Source of the DNA: Camelus dromedarius
Lineage: Eukaryota
Reading direction: 5' to 3'
Assembly: GCF_036321535.1 (NCBI RefSeq)
Contig: NC_087437.1
Coordinates: 53,632,001 to 53,696,000, forward strand
Length of the DNA: 64,000 bases
The translations under genes were made by a program, and so were the position numbers. The stretch's first letter is position 1. Each line of letters starts with the position of its first letter. Below are positions 20,730 to 35,700 of this stretch, piece after piece. The notes below the pieces were generated by a model. It ran no database searches and had not been told where the DNA came from. It was given only the letters and a program-made list of their open reading frames with translations.

Positions 20730-23700
20730 GTGGGTTCTAGGGTGTTAAGACTGTTATCTGAACAGCCAGTGTTCATCTGGGCACATGGACAGGACTGGGG
20801 ACCAGGGGTCCCAGTGTGGCTCTAGAGGCTAGCAGAGCAGCCCCAGAGCAGTGTTTTCCAGCTGTCCTTCATGAGTCAGAGATGCCTTGAGAGGATGGGG
20901 ACCCAGTCTTCTGGCACCTTTATCAATTAGAATGGCTTCATATTTTTTTAATCTGTCTTAAATATTGGTGTTCTACAGAAGAGTTTGTTTGAAAAGAGAG
21001 TTCCACTGTGACCACTAAACAAAATACCACTGACATTTAAAAATATTTAAAGCATAGATTTCTATCTTCAGGTTCTAGGTGAAATTCAGTAATTTTACTG
21101 ATGAATTAGTGGCTGTCTCTTTTGGTCTCAACTACCTGGGCAATTTTCAGTTTTTCTCCTTAAAAAGAATTAATTGGGGGCTGTGAACCAACTCAAGAGG
21201 TTCATGAGTCCCTAAAATCACCTGCAAAAATATACTCTGATTAGGTGTCTATAGCATGGGTGTATATGTGTAAGTCAGTCTGCATTTTCCCAAAGAGAGA
21301 GTGCACGGCTTTTAGTTGATTTTCAAAGGTGTCTGTGACGCCCCCCCCAAAAGGTTAAAAAAAAAAATCACTGCTCAGAATATATCAATTTGCTTGTCTT
21401 GAAATCTTTTGCAGTTAGTGAAGATAGAGAATTATCCAGATTTGTAAACATGTGTACAGCACAGAGCTATGGATTTGCTTAAGGCTCCTTAGTTCCCTTA
21501 TTTTGGGAGAATGTGCTTTCCGTTATTGTGAAATGAATCAGGCTAAAGAAAGCAAAACACAGGAAGCCTTGCTCTTCTGTCAGGCTCTGGAAAGTAGTCG
21601 AGCAGGTGAGGGCATATGTCTTCTTGTTTATTTCCTTTATGTGACTGCCAGGAAAAATGGCCGGAAACCCAGCACAGGCTCTCACAAGAAAAGTAGACCC
21701 AAACTGGATTCTCTAGAGCAGAGAGCAGTGGTGAGATCACATTTAGTACCTCCCCAGATAGGCAGCACTTTGGAACAGAAGCTGCCGAGGTAACCAACCC
21801 CACCCCAGCTTTTGCTTTTGCGGTTTCTTTTTTTTCTTCTTTTTCTAGAAACTAAATGTAATTACTTTTTGTTCATCCATAAGAGGAACTAAATTTCTTT
21901 CTTTCTTGCCCATTTTTGCTCCTTAGTGGTAATGGTTAGAACATTCCAGGTCCTGAAATGTTAGCTGGTCCTCAACACATCATCGTTGTCTGCCGGACTG
22001 GAGTTGTGTTGAAGTTTCAGGCAGAGCCTAACACTTCCATGAATTGGGACTATAATCATTATTTTTATGCACTCCGTAAAACTTCGCAGCGATTTAACGA
22101 AACATTAATTAAAATAACCTTTTCCTGTAGACTGCAGTTATAGTTTCAAATATGTGTTTCCATGGAAGGACTTTGATCCTGAGATCTAACACAAATTGCA
22201 TGGTAGACTTCAAATGTTCTGCATTTTATAGTGTTTCCTTTGGGCATTTAGTCCAACATGTATTTAAAGGAGTTCGTTCATGTCTTCTTTTATTCAATTC
22301 ATGGATTCATCAACAGTAACAAACAGCAGCTTAGACTACAAAGGGGAAGGGGAAAGGAAAGGCCCTCTGTTAATGGCCTCCGAGCTTGCCAGGCCCCCGG
22401 CATTCCCACTGCACCTGGAATCTGTCCAGCCTATTCCCAACTGTTGAACATACCAGATGGTTTCACATTGTTTGCTCTTACAAAGAGCTAATGAGGCTTT
22501 TGTGCAGATAATTTAAGTGACTACCACTGCCCTTCAAAGGGGAAAATATTCTCAGGAGTGGGACTAGGATACCAAAGTAAGATATGTTTCATGGCTTCTT
22601 GTTTCTTTTGGTCTATTACAAAATTGTTTACCAGAGGGATTGTAATAATGCACTGTTTCCAGCAGTCCCACAAACCAGCCAATGGCAGGCAATTGTTTTT
22701 GATATGTATGCATGTAAAGTATCTTAGATTTGTTTGAATTTTCATTTCAAACAATAGCACATTTGAAAAATATAATAACTAATAGGAGTAACACTTTCTG
22801 TGCACCTGCTATGGGCCTAAGAAGCCTTGTTCTTTTAATCCTCCCAGTAATCCTACGAGGTAGGTACGATTATTTTTCCCGTTTACTGATGAGCTGAGTG
22901 TTGATGTTCAAAGAGGTTACACAACTGATTCATAGCAGACTGGGGCTTGAAACCTTGGACTTGACTCCAAGGCCCTCACACTTAGCCTAACCTCTGCTTT
23001 TGTACCTCACAATGATTGTGTCTTTATAGTAATAAATGAATCCTTTGTTAGGCTAAAATAATCCCTTGATATTCTTGCTTACTTGCTCACCTAGAGGAAG
23101 GGAGAAGAATGTTCTGAGTTGAGGCAAAAGCAGGAAGTAAAGGCTGCATGGAAAAACGTGCAAAGTATGTTTGGGCATCATAAATAATCCTATTTTGAAA
23201 TTGACACAACATTGTAAACTGACCATACTTCAGTTTAAAAAAAAGGGGGGGGGAGAAAACCCCAAAAAGCAATTAATTTTGTTTGCCTTGGAGGTGGGGC
23301 CCTGCAGGGTGAAGAGGGTGGAGGAACAGGTCAGAAAGGCAGTCAGGGATCAGCTCGTAGATTGCTGATGGTCACAGTAAGGACTTTGGATTTCATTTTT
23401 TTTAGCCACAGATAGCCCTAGAAGGTTTTTGAGTGGACAAGTGATGGGATCATGTGTATTTTTGAGAGATTTCTCATTTCTCTGAGTCCCCTTCTCTCTG
23501 GGCACTGCTATATAGTCTCTGGTTATTAGGGACTATTGCCCAAGTGACAAGTGCCAGGCCTGCTGAGCAGGGGTGCTGGTGATGGAAAGACAGGGTCTGA
23601 TTTGAGAGGCATCCTGAGGTAGAAGAGACAGAACGTTCTAACTAGAAATGACCTTGAGGGAGAGGCAGGAGCCAGAGTCTCTGGCCCGGGAGTGGCTCTG

Positions 23701-26700
23701 TTGTATCACAGGGGAGCTTGCTTCTGGAGAAGGATCAGTTCCATCCTGGATGTGCTGAGTCTGGCGTGTTTGTGGACTTCCCTGGGTAGATCCTGCTGCA
23801 GCTCCGTATTTGCTTCCAGGAAAGGGTCAGATTTAGGAGTCATTTGTATCAAGGTGATAGTTGTAGTCCAGGAAATAGGACTGATGAGAAAACCTAGAAA
23901 AAAGATTACATTTGAAGAACAGGGAAAGAACAGAGACAAGGAAATAAAAATCAGGAAGGCCAGTGATGGAGGAGGGTATAGCTCAGTGGTAGAGTGCATG
24001 CTTAGCATGCATGAGATCCTGGGTTCAATCCCCAGTACCTCCATTAAAAGAAAAATTAAGTAAATAAACCAAATTACCTCCTACCCCCCAAAAAAACCCT
24101 AAAAAGAAAGAAAATAATAATAATAAAATTGTAAAAAAAAAAAAAGGAAAGGCCAGTGAGAAAGGCTGGAAGAGAGGAGGAGTGTACAGTATGATGGAAG
24201 GCAAAGGGGGATGCAGTTTGGGCATATTTGGGGGCAGATGGAGTCCTGGGCAGAGCAAGGACTGGGAAGACACCCTTGGATTGAGTAGCTCAGAAATCAT
24301 GATTGTTTATATCAGGGCTCAGCAAACTTTCCCTGTAAATGACCAGATAGTAAATACTTTTGGTTTTGAGGACATAGAGTGTCTCTTACGAGGACACAAC
24401 TCTGCCATTCTAGTGCGAAACCAACCAGAGACAGTAGTAAATAAATGTACTTGGTTGTGTTCCAATAAACCTTTATTTACAAAAATGGGACAGGTCAAAT
24501 TTGGTCTGTAGGCCATAGTTTGCCAGACCTGATCTGTGTCATACCGGGTTCTCCTAACCAGAATCAGAATATAGTCTTCCATAAATGGTTATATGATTCA
24601 TTAAGCTAACTGGAAAATATGAAAAATGTTTAGTCCAAATAATGATAAAATTTCTTTCACCATAACTTTTAGCTATTTAGAATTATTATACCTGTGGGCA
24701 GTAAGTTTTGATGTATTTATGAATTTACTAGCAAGCTGAATCTGTCAAATTTTCTAGGCATGCAGTTATATCCTGTGCATATCATAGTGCAATTATTTCT
24801 TCCTTTTCTCATTCGCATCTTTTTCTGCTAAGTTAAAGAGAAGTGGAGGCCCCTGTCTGCTACAGTCTTCGCCCTTTCAGGTTTGTTTGCTGGGATCTCA
24901 GTAGCTGTGGATTTTTCCTGGTGATTTCCTGGAAACCTATTTGAGTTTGAAAGTCTTTTAGTCTGCGATAGCAATAGCAAAGGACAGTTTGGCAAACAAA
25001 GATCTTTCCCCCCCTTTTTTATGAGCCCAAATTTAGTGGCCTGTTTTAAAATTTTCTCCTTTGATTGATTTTTTAAAAAATCTTAGAATAAAATCCAAAC
25101 TTCATAGCTGGCTTCTGCAGCCTACATGATCTGGTTCCTGCCAACCTCTTTCACTGCATCTTTATTTTTCCTTCCCTCAGTCACTTGTCTCCAGGCAAGT
25201 CCTTGCCCTCTTTGGGTCTTGACACTGCTGCATCCTCTGGCTGGAATGCACTTCCCTGGGCCCCTCCCATGCCCTATGGGTCTCAGCTCAGAGGCAGTCC
25301 CTGAATTATCCCTCTGCCTAAAGGACATTCCCCCAGGGTCTCTGGTACACAAACTGCAATTATCTCGAATACAGGTGTTGTGCTTATTTATTAATGTTTC
25401 TCCTTGTAGTAGATTTCAAGGTCTCCAAGGGCAAGGACTTTGTCTTTCTTGCTCACAACCATTGTTTTCAGCACCTAGAACAGTGCCTGGCAGTGCGTAG
25501 GTGCTTGATCAGTATTTACTGAAGGAACAAAAACATTCTCCTTTCTCATGGTCAACTCTTAGGATCTACCCTAAGCCTCCTGTGCTGGGTGTTCTCCATC
25601 TGCCCCTCCAAATCCACTCTCCACCCTTTCCAAGACCCTGTGCCCTGGGAAATTGATATGTGGACTGAGTCAATTGGGCTTCCTTGCCCTCTGGTGTTTA
25701 TTTGGGCCTGGACAGTGTTAGTGCTGGTATAAAATGGAGAGGAAGGAGGGGAGTGAGGCAGTGTATCTGTCTCCTCCCTCCCCCGGCTCCCTCCCTCACC
25801 CCCACCCCTGCCCAGTCTCTCCTTGCAGAGTCACCACCGCTCCTCTCCCTTGACTGAAAGCTTCAGCCCCTTTCAGGCGGCCCTTTCTGGCTCTAGTCCT
25901 GCTCTCTCCTTTTCCCTCCGGGCGTGGAAGTCAGAAGGGAGGAGGAATGAGCCTCTGGGGCATTGAGTCCCTTCTAGAGCTGTGTTTTCCTAAAGGCCAG
26001 GGTTCCTGCCAGGTGGCCGGCCTCAGCTCGGGTCTCCGCCCTCTTGCCCTGTTAGCCGTAGGGGTGGGATTGGTCCCCTGCTAGAGCCAACCCCGGTTAT
26101 TGCCTCATTCTTTACTGACCTCTGCCTTGTTAGATTCTACCTACAGCTTGGCAAATAGTCCTTTATTTGCTTGTCAGTGACTCCATTCGGACTTGCCATT
26201 CTTTTCTCCTGGGACTCTCAGAGTAACAATTTATTCACCTGTGAAGCTGAATTAGCGACATGAACCAACATTTCCAGTGTGGTTATTGCTGGTCACTTTT
26301 GAAACCAGAGACCAGTTCTGACAAAACTTACTGCAGTCTGAGTTGTGTAAAGATAGACTTCCTGTTTTATTTGCAATCTGGTGTGCCCGTCCTGTAATCT
26401 GATAGTTTGCATATGCACATCTTAAGTAACCTTTAAATCATTTTGATAAAATTTTGTCCTAGGGTTAAAGATAGGGCTGTTTTTGTGAATGAGACGTCTA
26501 GATTCCTGAGGTTTCGTATATACGTTAGAATTGAAAGAAAGAGGGGGGCTTTTATCCCTTAATTCTGTGAGTATTCTCTTTCTAAATTATCTTGTATTGA
26601 GCCCAGAGCCACTCCTGCCCTTCTCCTGATGCCACCTTTGTGGATGAAGAACCATCCAAAATAAATCCACATGGAGGGAAACAGAACAACAGAGGATTGG

Positions 26701-29700
26701 GTTGACCTCCAAATCTTGTGCAGATTTCAGTGGTGAACTGAAGCTTGTTGGATCAGATAAGCTCGGGATGAGCGCTCCTGAGGTCACAGAGGCTCAGGGC
26801 TAGGATGAATCTTAAAAGCCATCAGTTCCCTCCCCCATCAGACTGGCCAGTGCCAGGAAGAGAAACGTCCCCAAGTCTTCCAGTCTCTGCTTGAATAGCT
26901 ACAAGCGCAGGGAACCAGACCCGGGGAGTGAGTAGATTTTTAAAAAGATGGTCCGTTTGATTTTGACTGGATTTAAGACAAAGAGCTTTTTTTTTTTTTA
27001 AATAGAAAATATAGAGTTTAATTTAGCTCAATGACGTCTTGTCCCATCTCTGCCACCACCCAAGTTTCAGATCCTTCTTGAGCCTTGGGTCTCTACATGA
27101 AACACTTAGGGAGCTGTCTTGGATGCCACAGTGAATCCCTCCCATTTGCTGAATGCTGTGAGCTTTTCAGAGCGCTGTAGGTACTTTGCACATGTGGGTT
27201 AGCCCGAGCTTATGGCAGTATCTTCATTTTTGTGACAGGAATAGAAGTATGACCCACTCGCAATAGCAAGAGAATACCGGGTGGTAACTGGAATAGTGAC
27301 TCCACCAGCATCGCCCTGTTCACGTGCCCCCTGTGCCGAGGCACGCTGGCCTCATTGAATGGATCTCAGGAATGCCACGATATGGACCTCTTTAGCCCTC
27401 GTAGTGGCTGCAGAGACAGGCGGTCATCCCTGCTCGTGAACTCGATCTTGCTGCCCCATACAGATAAGCTAAATTGCCCTTGGGTGCCATGATGAGAGAC
27501 AGACTGGGAAGTGTTATTCTCTTGCCCCTCCCCTCCTCCTGCCCTCCCTCCCTGCAGACCTTATCTCTTTCTGCACACCACTGATGCACACCACCTATTT
27601 TCTGTTTCTGGTTTATAGACAATCACGATGCAATCCTGAGGTTTAATGGGGCGCCCACAGCCAACTTCCAACAAGACGTGGGGACGAAAACCACCATTCG
27701 CCTGATGAACTCTCAGGTAAAATTTCTTCTGTGCAGATACGTGGTCAGAGAAATTTCCTTCCACAAACGTGGACAGGGCTGACTGGAATGTAGTGAGCAG
27801 TGCAGGACTCCGCAGTCAGCCTGCCAGGGCTGCCTCTCATTCGCTATGTGATCACGCACGCGTTGCTTATGCTTCTGGTTGCTCATCTGTAAAGAGGGGA
27901 GGATAATAGTACCTCCCTCCCAGGGTTGCTGCGAGGACCACGTGAGAAAATCCACGGGCTCTGACGCAGAATGCGCTTACTAGGAGCACATAAACGCCAC
28001 CAACTTAATTAAGTCCCTTGACCTTCCTGAGTCCGGGATTCCCCAGTGGAGGAGAAAACAGTGAATCCGTGATCCAGCCTGGCCCTGGGGTCATGAACAA
28101 GCCCCTGGGCATTAGTCTGCCTCAAGGGAGGTGCCCAGCGTGCAGAGAGAGTCGAGCTCTGCTGTCCCTGTGGCTGCCAGGTCACAGCCAGAGTGTGGCC
28201 TGAGGGACAGCAGAGCAGAGAGCCTCCAGGGAGAGAAGTAAATGCAGCGGTGAATGTGGGTGTGCTTTATATGCTGCCGAGTGTTAGACAAGTGTTAGAA
28301 GACAGTGTCACCGGTGATTCTGTGGAACACAGATTCACATTCAGGTATTACCTCATGAGTTCCCCTAGGCAGTTCGTTTCCTGCAGCATTTTTAGGCAGC
28401 CTATGCTGATTTCTCAATACTAGTGGGAACTCAAGAAATACTCTTGCCACAAATTTCAGTTAATAGATGAAATTAGTGGAACAATTGGATTACACAAATA
28501 TCAAAAACAGCATGAATGGGCATGATTCCACTTACACGAAGTACCTGGAGTGGTCAAACCCACAGAGACAGGAAGTGGAATGGTGGTTGACAGGGCCTGG
28601 GAGGAGAGAGGAATTATTGTTTAATGGATATAGAGTTTCAATTTGGGAAGATGAAAAACTTCTGGAGATGGATGGTGGTGATGGTTGTAAAGCATTGTGA
28701 GTGTACGTAATGCCACTGCACCATACACTGAAAAATGGGTAAAATGGTATATTTAATGTACATTTTATCACACATGCACATAAGTTTAAGTCAATGAGGA
28801 GAAAGCCAGTTGCTAGAAGGAGAAACTGAATATTCTAAAAAGGGGAGATAATTAAGAAAGTGGAGGGCAGTGGTTGGTCCAAAGCCTAGCGGAGGGTGAA
28901 CCTCAGCAGGAGGGAGTCAGAAGGGAGCAAGGAGAGGAGGGGAGCAGCTGGAGGCAGTTTGTAGTGGAAGGATGGAGGAGTTTCTGTTTTCTGTGCAAAG
29001 TAGGATACAGAGAAAAGGAGGCTTTTTGAAGGGAGGCTGAGAGGAAGAGAGGCTTCAGCAGAGGAGGTTTGAGCAAAGAAAGTTTGAAATTGTCATTGAG
29101 GAGACTGGAAGAGGGAGTAAGCCAGAAGAAAGGAGTAGGATTTCCAGGCCATGCTGGCCACGTGGAGGTTGGGAGCATGAATTCAGAGAGAAATCAAGCT
29201 CTGTTTGTTCAGGGGTGGGGTGACTGCAGATCAGTGGGCAGCCGCAGTCAAAAAAGGGAGCATGGAGGAGGCTTGAGAATTGTCTTGGATTCGGGATGCT
29301 ACCCCCTTCTTGGGCATCTCTTCCTGGTGTTTAGTGAAGAAGTAAACCTCAGTCCTCAAAGATTCTGAAACTGTATTTTCCAGCAATTCCTCCTCTGGGT
29401 ATATATATCCAAAGAAAACAAAAACACTTTGAAAAGATACATGCATCCCACCATTCATAGCAGCACTATTTACAATAGCCAAGATATGGGAACAACCTAA
29501 GTGTTGTTCATCAATCAACAGATGAATGGATAAAGAAGATGTGGTATGTATCCACAATGGAATACTACTCACCCATAAAAATGAAATCTTGCCATTTACA
29601 ACAACATGGATGGAATTGGAGGGTATTGTGCTTAGTGAAGTAAATCAGAGAGAGAAAGACAAATACTGTATGATATCACTTACACGTGGAATCTGAAAAA

Positions 29701-32700
29701 TAAAACAAGCTAGTGAATATAGCAAAAAGAAGCAGACTCACAGATATAGAGAACAAATTAGTGGTTACCAGTGGGGAGAGGGATGAGGGGAGGTGCAAGA
29801 CAAGGACAGGGGAGTAAGAGGTAGAAACTGCTATGTACAAAATTAAAAAGCTACAAAGATATATTATACAGCACAGGAAATATAGCCAATATTTTGTAAC
29901 TTTAAATGGAGTATAACCTTAGAAAATTGTGAATCACTATGTTGTACACTGGAACTTATATAATATTGTAAATCAACTCTATGTCAATTTAAAAAGAAAA
30001 AGAAAAAAGCCAAGGTAAGATTGCCTGGGAATTAAGAGACAGACTTTGTTCAGATTTTTCCCTCAGCCCTTCCTATGTGAGTGACTTGCAAGTTGCTTTG
30101 TCTTTCTGAGTCTCAGCTCCTGTATTTGTAAAGGGAAATAAGAAAAGATACCACACAGGGTCTTTGTAGGATCCAGTGAGATTGCTGAGCATGGAGCAGG
30201 GCACTCAGAGGCCCATATGCTGCCGCAGGGGCTCTCTGAATGGTGGCCGTGGTCGCTACTGAAGCGTGAAGCCTGCCTCTGTGTGCTGGGCAACCACAGT
30301 CCTTCCCGGATCCCAGGCGCGAGTGTCTCCCAGCAGGGATGTCAGCCAGCTTGGGGCTGCTTTGGAGGTTGCTTTCTCCCAGCGAAGGGAGAAAAATAAA
30401 GGCTAATTTTCAGGAAAAATTAAGCTCATGACTGTCATACAGATAGTCTATTTTGTCCCTAGGAGGGAACCAGGCAAATGTTATAACTGGTTCAGGAGAA
30501 TATTCAGAACAGTACAAAATTTGAATAAAGGAAAGAAACTGTTTTTTCCATGAGGTGGGCAGGAGGAGGGCGGCAAGGCTGAATAAGCATGTCTGTAGTT
30601 AGCTGCAACTTACAAAGAGCTGCAGAACAGCTCCCATAGGATCAGAATCTGATAAAGAGGAAGGGTGTCCTGTAGACAATGCATAGTTTTCCACTGAGGT
30701 CCGCACTTTCTCCTCCACTTCCAGATCGCAGTGCTCCCTCTGCCAGGGCTCAGGGGAGGGTGGCTGACTTCCCAGGGTACATTTTCCACTCTCAGTAAAG
30801 CCTTTCCCAGTTCTCCTCAGGCACACTCACCCCCTTTCCTCTCCTGTAAGTGGCACTAAGAACCTAGGCTGGTCCTCTGACACTGGTCACAGGCAGCCCC
30901 CTGGCTGGCTCCTTGTGATACTGACTTGTAACTGACACCCTTCTGTTACTGCCCTTTCTCACCTTGGTATCCTAGGAAGCTGGCAGTCTGTCTCCTCTTT
31001 TGTCCTGGTTGGTTATCCCAGCTGTTCTGTGTCTGTGTCTGAGCAAACCGAGTCACCACCATGGTGCACAGACAGCACCTGGCACCCCAAGGTCACGGGG
31101 GGAATAGCTGTGGGTTTAGTAAATTGTGCAGCTCACTGTCTTCCCTGATGGGAGCTCCTCTGGACAGCAGCTCTCTTCTGAGGGGAGCAGGGTCCGTGCT
31201 TGTTTGCTTAGCTCCCAGACTCCTCACATGCAGAGGACATCTTTTTGGGCATCTGGCCGGTGATAGAGCTATAGAAAACGAACAGGCGGTTTCTTATTGA
31301 GAAGGTGGCTTTTTATAGAGAACAGTGTCATACCGTGAAGTTTCAGCAGATCTGCTCAGGCGTGTATGTGCCAGGTGTTGTTATGAGATTCAACAGGAAA
31401 ACCGTTTAGAGCTAAATGTGCATCTTTAAATTCAATTCTGACTCTAAGTGTAAGAAGGTTTTCTGAGACTCTGCTGAGCCCCTGTTATGCTCAGTGGGCC
31501 TGCAGGAGGAGACAGTGGGACACCGGGGCCCAGGGGCTTCCTTAGAAGCTCTTGTACAGATTGAGGAGGGGAAACCTACATCCTGTGTGTCCTGAAAACA
31601 TATCCAACATATGCTGACTGGATTTCAACCAGAGCGTTCCCTGATCATATGATGGGACTTATCTTGAGATGATAAGATGATCTTATTACACACATCTATG
31701 CTCTAAGGGCCACGCCTGCCTTTCTTATTTGATCTTCATGACAACCCTGTGAGGTGTGATCACCAACCACCATTCTACCTGAGGACACTAAGGCTCAGAG
31801 GGTTGAAGTGAGCTGCTCAGGGTGCTGCAGAAACTAAGCAGTGGAGGTGGATTTGGACCTAGTTTGTTTGCCAGCGATGCTTTAAATCCCTAAGCTTTCT
31901 CTGAGCTTTTCTAGGTCGTTGATGTTTTTCAGGACCAGAGAAGGAGCTGCGACTTGATATTGGACGCAGCTTGCCTTCCTTTCCAAAGCCCTGCGTCCTA
32001 AGTGGTTTTCAACGTGTCAGAGCTGCTCCTGGTCTTCTTTTCCTTATGTAGCCCATCCATCTGGTGTGCAGTCAGCTACCTAGATTCCATTCAGTCGAGC
32101 AAATAAGCTCCCACAGGACCCCGCCTCGAATGAGGGGAGAGCAGGAAAATGCAATGTTCTCCTCCCTGCAAGGGGTTCGCCCCACCCGCCCTGGCCCACA
32201 ACACACACAAAGCCAGTGAAAGATGCAGTACAGAGCTGGGTGCGTTATTCTTTTTCTATGAGTTGGGCTATTTTAGATGCCTCATATAAACTGGAATCAT
32301 GCAGCATTTGTCCTTCTGTGACTGGCTTATTTCACTTAGCATAATGTCCTCCAGGTTTTCCCACGTTGTCAATATATGGCAGAACTTCCTTCTTTTTTGA
32401 GGCTGAGTAATGGTCTATAGAAACAGATTGTTGAATGGTGGTGGTCAGGGGCTGGGGTGAGGGGCAGAGGGGGAGTTGCTATTCAATGGGTATAAGTTTC
32501 AGTTATGCAAGATGAATAAATTCTAGAGATCTGCTGTATAACATTGTGTCTGTAGTTAACCAGAATATATTTTGCACTTAAAAATTTGCTAAGAGGTTAT
32601 ATCTCATGTTAAGTGTTCTTACAATAATAATAATAATAATAATAATAATAGGCAGAGTGTACTCCCGCGTGGGGCTGGTATCCTTTGACCACGCAAAAGC

Positions 32701-35700
32701 AGTCTTTGGCGTGGAGTTCTGCCTGTGAGGGCACTACTGAATCTAGAAGGGAGCATTCAAAAACCTATATTTAGTTTGTGGAAAACATCTGTCTTTGAAA
32801 TAACTTCTTCTCTGACTCCCTCCCCCATTTCAGCTCAGTCACCACCCATAACCAGTGCTTACGTCAGAGTCTCACTCAACCTAAAAATGTCTACACTCTG
32901 AGGTGATTGCTAGGAATGTTTGCATCTATGTTCATGAGGGATACAGGTTGTAATGTCCCTCTCCTGTAACGCCGGTCTGCATTTCTGATATCAGAGTTAT
33001 GCTGCCCTTGTCAAGTGACTACAACAATTGGGAATACTTCCTCTAACATTTTCTGGAGGAGTTTGTGTAGCATGGCTATTACTTTTTTTTTTTTTTTAAT
33101 GTTCGGTAGAGTTTACCAGTAAAGCCACCTGGGCCTAGAATTTACTCTGTAGGGAGGTTTTTAGCTACAGATTTAATTTCTTTAACAGATATAGGGCTAT
33201 TCATGTTACCTGTCTCTTCTTGACTTTTGAGCTTTGGTAGTTTGTATCTTTCAAGGACTTTGTTCATTTCTTCTAAGTTATTGACTTTGTCATTCATTGT
33301 ATTTTCTCACTATCCTTTTAATATCTGTAGAATCTGATGTGATGTCTGAGGTGACTGACATGCCATCCTTTGAGGTGGTCCAGATGGTACTGGAAATCAC
33401 AGAGCTGAAAAGGACTTTGGAGATCAACCAGCCATTCACTCACTGCAGAAGTTCTTATTGATCAGCCTGATCCCCGGTGAGCGGAGCTAGAACTCAGCCA
33501 CCAACAATGACAGCAGAGCAGTAACAGACATGCTCCCTGCCCTAGTGAAGACCAGGGTCTTGCCTGATTTTCTTATTTTACAAATGAGATCACTGAGGCC
33601 TGAGAGGAGCAGGTGACCCGCACAGTAACACAGAGGGCAACGGCAGGCCCACGTGGGCGGAAGCCCTCCCAGCAGCTGGTCTGGGGCTCGTGCCTGGCTC
33701 TCTGGTGACATCTACCATGTCCATGTTTTCTTACTCACTCGCATCACCTTGTTTATCCATCTCACTCGGTGCCTAGCTCTCCCATATGAGGGAAGGCAGT
33801 TTTGTCTGTTTTGTACCCTGATATGCCCAAGTACTCAGAATAGTGCCTGTTACATAGATGTGCACTAAAAGTTTGATAAGTGAAGTATAGTCCAGGGACC
33901 CTTCTGCTCAGTCAGTGGATTGCCTCAAACTTCCTTCAATTTCTTTAACAAAGTTTTTTTTGAGCTTTTTATTTGCAGGTACTTTAAAACTTCCAGAAAA
34001 GTTGCAATAACATGACTAATACAGAGAATGCCTATATGCCATTTATCCAGATTCACTTACTATTTTTTCATCTCACCCCATTACTGTATCATCTGCTGTA
34101 TTCATCTTTCATGATGTTTTTTCATTTGAGAGTAAGTTGTATATATTATAGACATTAATCCCTAAATACTTGGTGCAGACTGAAAGTTTACAGCTGCTCT
34201 ACCCCCACTCCAATTCATATATTGAAACCCTAACCTCTAATATGATAGCATTTGGAGATGAGGTCTTTGGGAGAGAGGTGTGTTTATATAAGGTCTTGAG
34301 GGTCGGGGCCCCCATGATGAAGGGATCAGGATCCTTATGGGAAGAGGAAGAGAGACCAGGGCTCGCTTTCTCTCCACCCTGTAAAGACACAGTGAGAAGG
34401 TGGCCATCTGCAAGCCAGGATGAGGACCCTCGCCAGGGACCAAAACTGCTGGCACCTTGACCTTGGACTTCCCAGCCTCCAGAAATATGAAAAAGAGGTA
34501 TCTGTTGTTTATGCTACCCAGTCTCTGGTTTGTTGTTACAGCAGCCTGAGCAGACTAAGAGATTTTTTTGGTACTGAGAAGTAGAGTGCTGTGGGGACAA
34601 ATATCTACATATGTGGAAGTGGCTTTGGAATTGAGTAATTGGTAGAATCTGGAGGAGTTTTGAAGGGCCTGCTAGAAATATAGACATAGAGGGGGATGTT
34701 GGTGAAGACTGAAAGAAAAGAGGAGAGCTGGAGAGAAAGCTATCTTTTTAAAGAAGATAAAATAATCATGAACAGAACGTTGGCAGAAATATGGACAATA
34801 AAGGCCATTCTGGTGCAGTCTCAGATGAAACGAGGAACGTGGTACTGAACAACAGAGAAAAGGTGATCTTTGTTATGAAGTGACAAAGAACTTGGCTGAA
34901 CTGTGTTCTAACGTTTTGTGGAAGGGGGAACTTGCGAGTGACGGAACTGGGTATTTAGCTGTGGCAATTTCAAAGGAAACTGTTGAAGGAGAGGCTTGGT
35001 TCCTTATGACTGCTTTTTAGTAAAATGTGAGAGGAGAGAAATGAATCAAAGAAGGAATTGTTTAGCAAAAAGGAAACAGAACTTAAAGATTTGGAAATTC
35101 TCAGCTTATCTGTATTGCAACAAAATGAGAAAGCTTGTTCTGAGAAAAACACTAAGGGAGTGGTCCAACGAGCATTTGATAAAAGCATCAGTGTGGGAGT
35201 AAGTCATGGACCTCATCGGCTCCCCCAGCAGAAACACTGCTAGTGCTGAACTGAAGGAGATGGACACAGGATGAAACGAAGGCAGGCTGCCAGACTTTGA
35301 TTCTACAGGACCAAGCTGTAGAGCTCTTTGGCTGCAAACATGTACTATGTACTATTCTTCAAGATAAGGAAGAACGATCCCAGAAATCATCAAGGCTGCC
35401 TCCTTGGTTTCAAGCGGGGCGGCGGCATTGCCTTGATTTCAGTAGAGCCACATGACAGCTGCCCAGGGCCCTGGGGGAGTGACTCCTGCCTGGCAGAGCC
35501 AGGATCAATGCCTCACCACGTCCATAAGACACAGCGTCAAACCAAAGAGGAATATTCTCAAGCCTTAAGATCTAATAGTACTTATTTTGCTAGATTTGGA
35601 CTTTCTTGGAACCTGTCTCTTCTTTCTTCCTTTCAGTTTCTCCATTTTGGAATGAGAATCTCCATCCTATGCCTGTTTCTACCATTATATTTAGGAAGCA

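Noticed and set aside
23968..24043. tRNA-like sequence with A and B boxes (also at 786 and 41210-41286)
   Set aside because: Followed by a SINE body, A-tail and TSD: these are SINE heads, not tRNA genes.
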